Origin: Candidatus Saccharimonadota bacterium
Lineage (GTDB): Bacteria; Patescibacteriota; Patescibacteriia; 2-12-FULL-60-25
Direction: 5' to 3'
Assembly (NCBI GenBank): GCA_016699205.1
Contig: CP064964.1
Span: forward strand, 60,001 to 92,000
DNA: 32,000 nt
This document shows, one piece after another, positions 15,627-22,202 of the stretch; position 1 is the stretch's first letter; each line of letters opens with the position of its first letter. The notes under the pieces are model-generated. The model saw only the letters and a list, made by a program, of their open reading frames with translations. It did no database searches and was not told the origin of the DNA. Both the position numbers and the translations under genes were made by a program.

Positions 15627-16108
15627 CGGAGAAGCACTCCTTCCTTGCGTAGATTTTCCACGTAAGGCTGAACCTCTGCTTCCGAGCCGAGAATGTGCAG
15701 CTTCACACCGTTGCCGAAGCAAATGCCTCGAGCGAATAGGATGACGGCTGCTTGTCCGCTGGACTCGGTGTTGGTCGTGCTCTCGACGCGTAACAGAATC
15801 ACATGCGGAGCGATGCGGTCGCGGATGATTCCAAGCAAATCGCTGCCGGGGTTACGGATTCCTTGCCCGTCGAAGCTGGTCACTTGCAAGGCATCGACGA
15901 CCCAGATCGAGGGGCGAGATTCTTCCGGCATATCGATCGGCACTTCTCGACGGACGTCTTGAATGACTTGATCGGTGACCTTTATGGAAACATGTCCGGA
16001 AAACGTGGTGATGAGCAGGCGCTCGATCCGGTGGAGGCGGGTTGTTGCCCCGCTTTTTTTTGTTGTCGATATTGGGACAGGGGCTGGAGCACGGCTGCGT
16101 ACGGTCAC
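15623..16108 (-). CDS. STAS-domain-like protein, paralog A, 161 aa (GTG start)
   Basis: AAGGAGG lies 5 nt before GTG 16108. It shares motifs with paralog B: ITTFSG versus ITVFKG, and IWVVDALQVTSFDGQG versus MWVLDFLHVPSFEGSPHG. The N-terminus is low-complexity. Confidence 0.55.
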   Translation of the reverse strand: MTVRSRAPAPVPISTTKKSGATTRLHRIERLLITTFSGHVSIKVTDQVIQDVRREVPIDMPEESRPSIWVVDALQVTSFDGQGIRNPGSDLLGIIRDRIAPHVILLRVESTTNTESSGQAAVILFARGICFGNGVKLHILGSEAEVQPYVENLRKEGVLLR

Positions 16109-16136
16109 GTTTACCTCCTTGTGAATGAGCAGCTAG

Positions 16137-16164
16137 AACCTAACATAAAATGGGATTTTGTCAA
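16137..16164 (-). promoter_or_regulatory. Putative promoter (-35 TTGACA, 16-nt spacer, -10 TAGGTT) of the STAS-like pair
   Basis: On the minus strand, TTGACA is at 16164-16159 and TAGGTT at 16142-16137. It abuts the rnhB stop at 16169. Confidence 0.45.
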
Positions 16165-16168
16165 TATA

Positions 16169-16786
16169 TTATGCCAAGTTTTTGAGCGGTTTATAACTCA
16201 TTCGGTGAATGGGGGATGCGCCAAGTTTCTTTAAGGCAACTTGATGCTGTTTTGTTCCGTAGCCTTTATGATCACGGAAGCCGTATCCGGGATGTTTTTG
16301 GTCGAGGCGCTCCATTTCCAGGTCTCGTTCAACCTTGGCAATGATCGAGGCGGCTGCGATGGATTTTACGAGTCGATCGCCACCAATAACGCGTTGGCAA
16401 GGAATAGAAAGTCCGGGAATCGTGAAGCCGTCGGAAAGGACGGCTTGGGGGTGAATGGAGAGCGACTCTAGAGCGCGGCGCATCGCCAAAAAAGCGGCTT
16501 GGCGGATATTGAGTTCGTCGATTTCTTGATGGGAAGCTGTGCCGACTGCCCAGGCCGTCGCTTTATTTTTGATGTCGATGATCACACGCTCGCGCTGTTC
16601 GAGGCTGAGGCGTTTTGAGTCTCGGATGAGGCCGATGCGGGAATCGAGTGGAAGAATGACGGCAGCGGCGTAGACAGGGCCGGCCCAACAGCCACAGCCG
16701 GCTTCATCGACGCCAGCGAGAATTTGAAACCCCTTCGCCATGAATTGGCGCTCGAGTTTGAATGTAGGAACGGGAGCGGCGGCCAT
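16169..16786 (-). CDS. rnhB: Ribonuclease HII
   Basis: Has GVDEAGCGCWAGPVYAAAV (DEAG catalytic motif), DSKRLS and SIIAKVERD. The start at 16786 is supported by a TAGAAT box 6 nt upstream. An alternative start is at 16741. Confidence 0.9.
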   Translation of the reverse strand: MAAAPVPTFKLERQFMAKGFQILAGVDEAGCGCWAGPVYAAAVILPLDSRIGLIRDSKRLSLEQRERVIIDIKNKATAWAVGTASHQEIDELNIRQAAFLAMRRALESLSIHPQAVLSDGFTIPGLSIPCQRVIGGDRLVKSIAAASIIAKVERDLEMERLDQKHPGYGFRDHKGYGTKQHQVALKKLGASPIHRMSYKPLKNLA

Positions 16787-16792
16787 GGGCGG

Positions 16793-16798
16793 ATTCTA
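16793..16798 (-). promoter_or_regulatory. -10 box TAGAAT, 6 nt upstream of rnhB ATG 16786
   Basis: Plus-strand attcta at 16793-16798, with spacer ccgccc on the minus strand. Confidence 0.4.
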
Positions 16799-16838
16799 CT
16801 TGATTGACCGTCTGTATCAAATTGTTCAACATGGAGGT

Positions 16839-17240
16839 ATGAGAATTCTTGGTGTCGATTACGGAGAGGCTCGTGTGGGCGTTGCGCTTGGCGATAGCGA
16901 GACGCGCGTGGCGAGTCCTTGGAGAATTATCGCCAATGAGAGCGATGAGGATGTTGTGGCGAGATTGGTCGATTTAGCTCGTGTTGAACAAGCGGAGCTT
17001 TTTGTTGTCGGAATTCCAAGACCGCTTGGAGATCGAGAGCGGGAGACGGATCAGGCTAAACGTATCCGTGAGTTTATCGACGTTCTTGCACAGTCGGGTA
17101 TTAAGACGGTTGAGTCAGATGAGACGCTGACTTCAAAGATCGCGGCTGATCAGGTGAAAGAGCTGGGCGCAAAGGGGAAGCGCGATGATTTGGCGGCGGC
17201 TGCTATTTTGCAGCATTACTTGGATGGCTTACCTGCGTGA
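16839..17240 (+). CDS. ruvX: Holliday-junction-resolvase-like nuclease RuvX/YqgF
   Basis: Begins MRILGVDYGEARVGVALGD, the typical YqgF N-terminus, and is 133 aa. The ORF-track start at 16740 overlaps the rnhB start region and is rejected. Confidence 0.85.
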   Translation: MRILGVDYGEARVGVALGDSETRVASPWRIIANESDEDVVARLVDLARVEQAELFVVGIPRPLGDRERETDQAKRIREFIDVLAQSGIKTVESDETLTSKIAADQVKELGAKGKRDDLAAAAILQHYLDGLPA

Positions 17241-17898
17241 TCGCGTTTTTGTTTTGAAGAGTGAACCGTATCGAGAGCAAGATACGCGTGTTGTTATGTA
17301 TGGGCGGGAACATGGAAAGTTGGTGGCGGTTGCGAGGGGAATGCGAAAAATGGGCGCGAAGCATTTGGGGCATCTTGAACCATTGTCGCAAGCGGATGTT
17401 ATGGTCGCGATCGGACAATCTTTTGATAAGTTGGCTGTAGCAAGAGCCGTAACGCCGCGCCCCGGAATGCGCGATGATTTGGGCGCGATGGCTGTCCTTG
17501 GTCCATTAATGCATCTCGTCGAGAGTTTGACGCGTCCGGGTGTAGCGGATGTATCGATCTATGAATTGTTGGAGGAGGCTGCGGACTTATGGGTATCGAC
17601 AGAACGTTTGCCGAGTCCTGAACGAGGTCGGCTTATTTTGGCGGCGGCTTCATTACGTTTATTGGATGCATTGGGTGAGGCGCCAGATTTTGAGGCGATC
17701 GATCACGAGGATATGCCGGAAGGTGTGATGACGCTTTTGCGATTTATGCGGATTCGTCCTTTAAGAGATCTCTTGGCGATTACGGCACCATCGACGATTT
17801 TTGTGGCAACGAGTGCCGTGGTTGAAACAGCGGTTGAAAGAACACCGCTCGCCACAAAGCTGCATGGAGCGGCTACTATCTACGCTTTGCTTGCGTGA
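17224..17898 (+). CDS. recO: DNA repair protein RecO
   Basis: Has VFVLKSEPYREQDTRVVMYGREHGKLVAVARGMRK, the RecO N-terminal OB-fold pattern. The start was chosen at ATG 17224, and the gene overlaps ruvX by 17 nt. Confidence 0.8.
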   Translation: MAYLRDRVFVLKSEPYREQDTRVVMYGREHGKLVAVARGMRKMGAKHLGHLEPLSQADVMVAIGQSFDKLAVARAVTPRPGMRDDLGAMAVLGPLMHLVESLTRPGVADVSIYELLEEAADLWVSTERLPSPERGRLILAAASLRLLDALGEAPDFEAIDHEDMPEGVMTLLRFMRIRPLRDLLAITAPSTIFVATSAVVETAVERTPLATKLHGAATIYALLA

Positions 17899-17952
17899 GT
17901 GGCGTCGGACTGGTTCAATCGACCTGGCCCTTTTCCACATATTGAGGTGTGC

Positions 17953-18783
17953 ATGCTAAGAGCTAGTGTCCGTGAACGTCCGTCCCAGAGCTTTCGTCCG
18001 ATTCCTGAGCGCGCGCCCAAGACGGTGCTGCGGGTGATCGACGGAGGATATGATGGCCTGCCGATCTGGCAGGAACTGCTGGGGATGCTGATCTTCCTTC
18101 TTCTGCATCGCAAGAAGAAGCTGGAGATGGTTCCGGTGCCTGAGAAGGCGGAGGAGCCGACGTTCTATGACGACGTCCCGAATACCGGGGTGCGGGAGAT
18201 CCCTGCCTACCGTTCGGACGGAGTCGTTACGGATGACCGTCTCGACGAGATTCTCCGTGATGCGGAGCCGGTGCCGCGAGTCCGATTCCAGGTGTCGGGT
18301 GAAAAGTCCAAGTCCTCGGCTCGGAAGAAGTCCGCGCCGGAGGCCGAGACGGATCCGTTCCCCAGCAAGGTTTCTGCGTATGCGCTCGGACAGTTTGCGC
18401 GTGCCTATCTGAAGGGACGCGGAGGACTCGGTCAGTTCATCGATCGGCGCATCAAGGAGCGCCTCGGTGAGCGTGTGGTTGATGCACTCGACTACGATGA
18501 ACGCTTGAAGCTGCGCAAGCTCGAGCGGCAGTCGATGCAGAGAGAGCTGCTCACGGTCTCGCGAAAGGACGGTCGAATCCTGCGTGACAAACAGGAACGG
18601 CTCGAGAGCGGTGTCGAGGTGCTTCACATCGCCCACGGACCGTACAAGTCGTACTTTCTGAGGTTCGATCCCAAGACGGGTGTCGTACTCAGCTTTCATA
18701 GCTCGCAGGGTTTCAATCGCCACAAGGCGTATCGACGCTCCCGCAAGAAGGCGTATCGGGAAGGCGGACGCCGCTTCAGCTGA
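17953..18783 (+). CDS. Hypothetical protein (276 aa) with one hydrophobic segment and a basic C-terminus, high-GC island 4
   Basis: GAGG lies 5 nt before ATG 17953. An alternative GTG at 17899 directly follows the recO stop. Features are LPIWQELLGMLIFLLLH, a coiled-coil-like ERLKLRKLERQSMQREL and the tail KAYRRSRKKAYREGGRRFS. A hairpin follows the gene. Confidence 0.5.
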   Translation: MLRASVRERPSQSFRPIPERAPKTVLRVIDGGYDGLPIWQELLGMLIFLLLHRKKKLEMVPVPEKAEEPTFYDDVPNTGVREIPAYRSDGVVTDDRLDEILRDAEPVPRVRFQVSGEKSKSSARKKSAPEAETDPFPSKVSAYALGQFARAYLKGRGGLGQFIDRRIKERLGERVVDALDYDERLKLRKLERQSMQRELLTVSRKDGRILRDKQERLESGVEVLHIAHGPYKSYFLRFDPKTGVVLSFHSSQGFNRHKAYRRSRKKAYREGGRRFS

Positions 18784-18788
18784 CTGCT

Positions 18789-18822
18789 ACCCCCGTTATC
18801 TATCGACAGATAACGGGGGTTT
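18789..18822 (+). terminator. Hairpin terminator-like element
   Basis: 13-bp stem ACCCCCGTTATCT (18789-18801) / AGATAACGGGGGT (18808-18820) with loop atcgac. The T tail is short. Confidence 0.5.
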
Positions 18823-18842
18823 CGCTATTGTGGCCGCTATCT

Positions 18843-20135
18843 ATGAAGGCATTTATCAAGGATTTTTCCGGTCTCGTCGGACAAGAAGCGACGATCTCAG
18901 GCTGGGCTTACAATGTCCGTTCCAGCGGTTCTATTGCGTTTCTCCAGATTCGAGATGGATCGGGCTTTACGCAGGCTGTTATCGCAAAGAACGGCATTGA
19001 TGAAGCGAGCTGGAATGCGGCCGTGGAAGCGACGATCGAGTCGTCGGTTATCGTGACGGGTAATGTTTCAAAACACCCAAAGCAGGAGGGTGTGTATGAG
19101 TTGCAGGCGACGAAGGTTGAGCTCGTTCAAAAGGCCGAGGAGTTTCCGATTGGAAAGAAAGAGCATGGTCCGGACTTTTTGCTTGACCAGCGCCATCTTT
19201 GGCTGCGTACGCCGACGCAGTGGGCGATTCAGCGCGTTCGCAATGAAATCATTAACGCAACGTACGGTTGGATGCACGACAACGGATACACAAAAATCGA
19301 CTCACCGATTTTTACGCCCAGCGCTTGTGAAGGAACGACGGATCTCTTTGAAGTAGATTATTTTGGAGAACGCAAAGCGTATCTCTCGCAATCGGGGCAA
19401 TTGTACTTGGAAGCGGCGATTGCGTCTGTCGGACGATGTTTTGATTTTGGTCCGGTGTTTCGTGCTGAAAAGTCCAAGACGCGCCGTCACCTTACCGAGT
19501 TTTGGATGATGGATGCAGAAGCGGCTTTTGTCGATCATGAAGGTAACTTGAAGATACAAGAGGCTTTGGTTTGCCATATTGTCGAAAGCGTTTTGAAAAA
19601 CTGCCAACCCGAACTCAAGATCCTAGAACGCGACCAGGAACCATTGAAAAAAGTTCAGGCGCCGTTTATCCGCATGACACATGCAGAAGCAATCAAGTGG
19701 CTGCGCGAGCATGGATCGGATATCGGAGAGATGGATGATCTTGGAGCTGATGATGAGACGTTGATTACCAAGGCGCATGACAAGCCGATTTTCGTCGAGA
19801 AATATCCGACGGCGGTGAAAGCATTTTATATGAAGCGTGATCCGGCAGATCCTTCACGCGTATTGAACGCCGATTTGTTGGCGCCAGAGGGATACGGCGA
19901 GGTCATCGGAGGATCACAGCGTGAGGATAATTATGAAGCGTTGCTTGAACGCATTCGTGAACACAAACTTCCGGAAAAAGATTTTCAGTGGTATCTCGAT
20001 CTTCGGAAATATGGAAGCGTGCCGCATTCCGGATTCGGTTACGGTCTCGAACGTCTGACGACGTGGATCTGTGGAATTCACCATGTACGAGAAACGATTC
20101 CGTTCCCAAGGTTGATGAATCGATTGGAACCGTAA
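18843..20135 (+). CDS. asnS: Asparagine--tRNA ligase
   Basis: 430 aa from ATG 18843. It has an N-terminal OB domain (ISGWAYNVRSSGSIAFLQIRDGSG), class II motifs (FRAEKSKTRRHLTEFWMMDAE, GGSQRE) and the C-terminus GFGYGLERLTTWICGIHHVRETIPFPR. Length and motifs fit AsnRS rather than AspRS. Confidence 0.9.
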   Translation: MKAFIKDFSGLVGQEATISGWAYNVRSSGSIAFLQIRDGSGFTQAVIAKNGIDEASWNAAVEATIESSVIVTGNVSKHPKQEGVYELQATKVELVQKAEEFPIGKKEHGPDFLLDQRHLWLRTPTQWAIQRVRNEIINATYGWMHDNGYTKIDSPIFTPSACEGTTDLFEVDYFGERKAYLSQSGQLYLEAAIASVGRCFDFGPVFRAEKSKTRRHLTEFWMMDAEAAFVDHEGNLKIQEALVCHIVESVLKNCQPELKILERDQEPLKKVQAPFIRMTHAEAIKWLREHGSDIGEMDDLGADDETLITKAHDKPIFVEKYPTAVKAFYMKRDPADPSRVLNADLLAPEGYGEVIGGSQREDNYEALLERIREHKLPEKDFQWYLDLRKYGSVPHSGFGYGLERLTTWICGIHHVRETIPFPRLMNRLEP

Positions 20136-20138
20136 TTG

Positions 20139-20176
20139 GAAAGGCCCTCGGTCTCAGATGAGATCGAGGGCCTTTC
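20139..20176. terminator. Long bidirectional hairpin between convergent genes
   Basis: 12-bp perfect outer stem GAAAGGCCCTCG (20139-20150) / CGAGGGCCTTTC (20165-20176), plus a 5-bp inner extension and loop agat. Confidence 0.6.
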
Positions 20177-20180
20177 AGTA

Positions 20181-20816
20181 TCAGTGGATGGTCGGCTTGG
20201 CGTCGACCTCGAGCGTCAGCTTCTTGGACGGCATACGGTAGAGCTTGGCGAGATCGGTCAGGATCTCGTAGCGTTTTCCCGACTTCATCGCGAGGATGCG
20301 CGCGACGAACTGCTTGCGCCGATGGCCGTTCAGGTGGCCCCAGAAGGCACCCATGATGATCTCGCGCTTGGGGTGCTGGTCGATCTTGAAGCGCTTCATC
20401 AGCTCCTCGCGCTTGGCGACGAAAGCCTCGGGGCCGTCGTGGTACGCGCGCAGAAGCTCGAGGCGAGCGAGATCGCGATCCTCGACCGGAATGTGGTCGA
20501 GGTTGTTGGGCAAGCCGGGGTTGACCCACTTCTTGCCGCGACGCTCGATCGGTCCCGGCTCGCGGAGCCGGGGGCTCGGACCCTCCTTCTTGGGCGCCCT
20601 GCTCGACGTTGACTTGCTCTTGGATGAGCGTGTTCGAGGAGCCTTGGGCTTGTTGCGGTCGAGCCAGTCGAAGGCGCCGGCGCCGGCGAGCGCGTACTTG
20701 GCGATGCGGTCGAATGCATTGCGAAGGCCCGGCCGCAGGGCCTTGCGGATGGAACCGAGGTCCATGACGCTGTTCTGAACACGCTTGCGGTGAGTGACCT
20801 TTTTCTTTTGGGGCAC
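20181..20816 (-). CDS. Hypothetical basic protein (211 aa, GTG start), high-GC island 5
   Basis: AGGAG lies 9 nt before GTG 20816. It has its own TTGACA/TAGGTT promoter, a Lys/Arg/Ser-rich N-terminal half and a C-terminal half with no motif I recognise. Confidence 0.55.
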   Translation of the reverse strand: MPQKKKVTHRKRVQNSVMDLGSIRKALRPGLRNAFDRIAKYALAGAGAFDWLDRNKPKAPRTRSSKSKSTSSRAPKKEGPSPRLREPGPIERRGKKWVNPGLPNNLDHIPVEDRDLARLELLRAYHDGPEAFVAKREELMKRFKIDQHPKREIIMGAFWGHLNGHRRKQFVARILAMKSGKRYEILTDLAKLYRMPSKKLTLEVDAKPTIH

Positions 20817-20866
20817 CTTGAGAAACTCCTTGTGACGAGATGACCAATGGAAAGAGCGAACGTGTC

Positions 20867-20895
20867 AACCTAGCAAAAAACCAAAATATTGTCAA
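20867..20895 (-). promoter_or_regulatory. Putative promoter (-35 TTGACA, 17-nt spacer, -10 TAGGTT) of the 20816 gene
   Basis: On the minus strand, GGTTGACA occurs at 20897-20890 and again at 20870-20863. TAGGTT is at 20872-20867. Confidence 0.45.
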
Positions 20896-20898
20896 CCC

Positions 20899-20907
20899 TG
20901 CTAGAAT
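20899..20907 (+). promoter_or_regulatory. Extended -10 box TGcTAGAAT, 8 nt upstream of in-frame ATG 20916
   Basis: Read directly from the sequence. It suggests ATG 20916 rather than GTG 20910 as the start. Confidence 0.4.
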
Positions 20908-20909
20908 AG

Positions 20910-21878
20910 GTGCGTATGTCACGCCGACGGAGACATCGGGATGAAGACCATGGCCGGACGCCTCAGGCGACGCATTGGGTTTGGGCCGGGATTTTAGGTG
21001 TCTTGGCTGGCGGTATTTATTATTCCGTACAAGGCGGTGGGCCGATCTCTTTCGGTTCGAACGTCGGTGCGGCGACATCAACCGTTCAGGCATCCATCAC
21101 AGAGACGATCGCCACGTCTACCATCGAGTTGGGAATCGCCGCGCCAAAAGGGGATCGTGATCAAGTGTATTCGCTCTCTTTTCCGGGCAAGACGGTGGAG
21201 CAGCAGAGTGTAGAGAAAGGGTGGAGGCTTGATACTTGGAAGCGACATGCCGAGCTCTATATTATTCCTGCGTCGCCTGATGGTAGTGCGCCGATTTTAA
21301 CGGATGGTGGAGAGTGGAATATTCCGTTACGCAGTGGAAATGGCGAGGCCTACGGAGATGCTCGCTTGGCCGGTGCAGCGGATGAGACGCATGTTTTTGT
21401 GCTTGCATCGGCGGATGTGAGAAAGCTTTTGCTTGTATCGAGATCAGGTGAGATCCGATCGATTTATGATATGCCGGAATATGCTAACGCGTTACCAAGC
21501 GCGGATAATCACGCTTGGTTTGCGACGTTTGTACCTGGAGAAGGAATCGAGTCGCAGCCGACCGGACCGTCGCGATTGATTCGTGTTTCAGTTTCAGGAA
21601 TTCAGGAAACGATGGCGGAAGAGTCGCGTCTCATTGCAAGCGTGATGCCAGGGCCTGAGGGAGCATTGGCTTATCGAACCGATGATGGAGATGTTGTTGC
21701 GGCTGCGGTTGGCAAACGATGGAGTGGAAGCGGGGTTCCGTTGCTTTGGTTGGATGAGAATCGACTTTTACTTGGCCAAGGACGTACGGTCTTTTTTGCT
21801 GGATATGAGGACATTGACTCTCGATCAGCTTCAGCAGCTTCCGGCTGCGCCTTCAGCGGCCCGTATGTTATAATTTAG
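20910..21878 (+). CDS. Hypothetical membrane-anchored protein (about 320 aa)
   Basis: Has a basic N-terminus, then a TM segment WVWAGILGVLAGGIYY, then a likely extracytoplasmic domain. I recognise no family. GC is intermediate. Confidence 0.55.
   Translation: MRMSRRRRHRDEDHGRTPQATHWVWAGILGVLAGGIYYSVQGGGPISFGSNVGAATSTVQASITETIATSTIELGIAAPKGDRDQVYSLSFPGKTVEQQSVEKGWRLDTWKRHAELYIIPASPDGSAPILTDGGEWNIPLRSGNGEAYGDARLAGAADETHVFVLASADVRKLLLVSRSGEIRSIYDMPEYANALPSADNHAWFATFVPGEGIESQPTGPSRLIRVSVSGIQETMAEESRLIASVMPGPEGALAYRTDDGDVVAAAVGKRWSGSGVPLLWLDENRLLLGQGRTVFFAGYEDIDSRSASAASGCAFSGPYVII
21866..21874 (+). promoter_or_regulatory. Extended -10 box TGtTATAAT, 10 nt upstream of ATG 21885
   Basis: Consensus TATAAT with an upstream TG, located inside the 3' end of the preceding gene. 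Confidence 0.4.
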
Positions 21879-21884
21879 CGGAAT

Positions 21885-22157
21885 ATGGCAACACCCTCGC
21901 AAAAACTCCCAACCGGATGGATTAAGGTTTGGATTAGCCTTGGATTGGTCGTAACTCTCGTTGGGTTATTTCTTCCGGCTGGCATGAAAAATCACGCTCG
22001 GGCTGAGGTTCAGCGCTATCAGGAGTGCGCGGCAGGTCGTCGTGATGATTGTAAGGCTAGCTTGGTTTGGGTTATTTATGAGCAGGCCTTGAAGCAAGAA
22101 GGCGGCTCAGGTTTGCTTTTAGAAAGTATTCAAGCCGAGGCAAGTCTCTATCAGTAG
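21885..22157 (+). CDS. Small membrane protein (90 aa), hypothetical
   Basis: Single TM segment WIKVWISLGLVVTLVGLFLPAG. I recognise no family. Confidence 0.45.
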   Translation: MATPSQKLPTGWIKVWISLGLVVTLVGLFLPAGMKNHARAEVQRYQECAAGRRDDCKASLVWVIYEQALKQEGGSGLLLESIQAEASLYQ

Positions 22158-22188
22158 GTTGGTTTTTGCGTCATTTTAGCTTTTCTGG

Positions 22189-22197
22189 TGAGATATT
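22189..22197 (+). promoter_or_regulatory. Extended -10 box TGaGATATT, 5 nt upstream of aspS ATG 22203
   Basis: Read directly from the sequence. There is no SD. Confidence 0.4.
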
Positions 22198-22202
22198 GAC
22201 CT

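Noticed and set aside
15627-15722. Longer start (15722) for STAS-like paralog B, overlapping paralog A by 100 nt
   Set aside because: The internal ATG at 15626 forms an ATGA stop/start overlap with paralog A and has an upstream GGAAGGAG. The extension merely reads through the end of gene A in another frame.
14995-16168. tRNA-Glu-adjacent cassette as an integrative mobile element
   Set aside because: There is no integrase or recombinase gene, and I found no copy of the tRNA 3' end (GGTTCGAATCCCCCACGGGTCACCA) at the distal border. I treat it as an acquired cassette of unknown mechanism, not as a defined mobile element.
16740-16838. ORF-track start 16740 for ruvX
   Set aside because: It would overlap the divergent rnhB start and promoter. 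The conserved YqgF N-terminus MRILGVDYG begins at ATG 16839.
17956-18723. 255-aa minus-strand ORF antisense to the island-4 gene
   Set aside because: I saw no SD or promoter, and the downstream hairpin and SD favour the plus-strand gene. This one is kept as an open question in the findings because neither product has a recognisable family.
19903-21093. 396-aa minus-strand ORF, the longest unannotated ORF in the track
   Set aside because: It runs through the asnS 3' end, a terminator hairpin, the island-5 gene in another frame, a promoter region and the start of the 20910 gene. Its product is Arg/Pro/Ser/Ala-rich low complexity. It is not a plausible gene.
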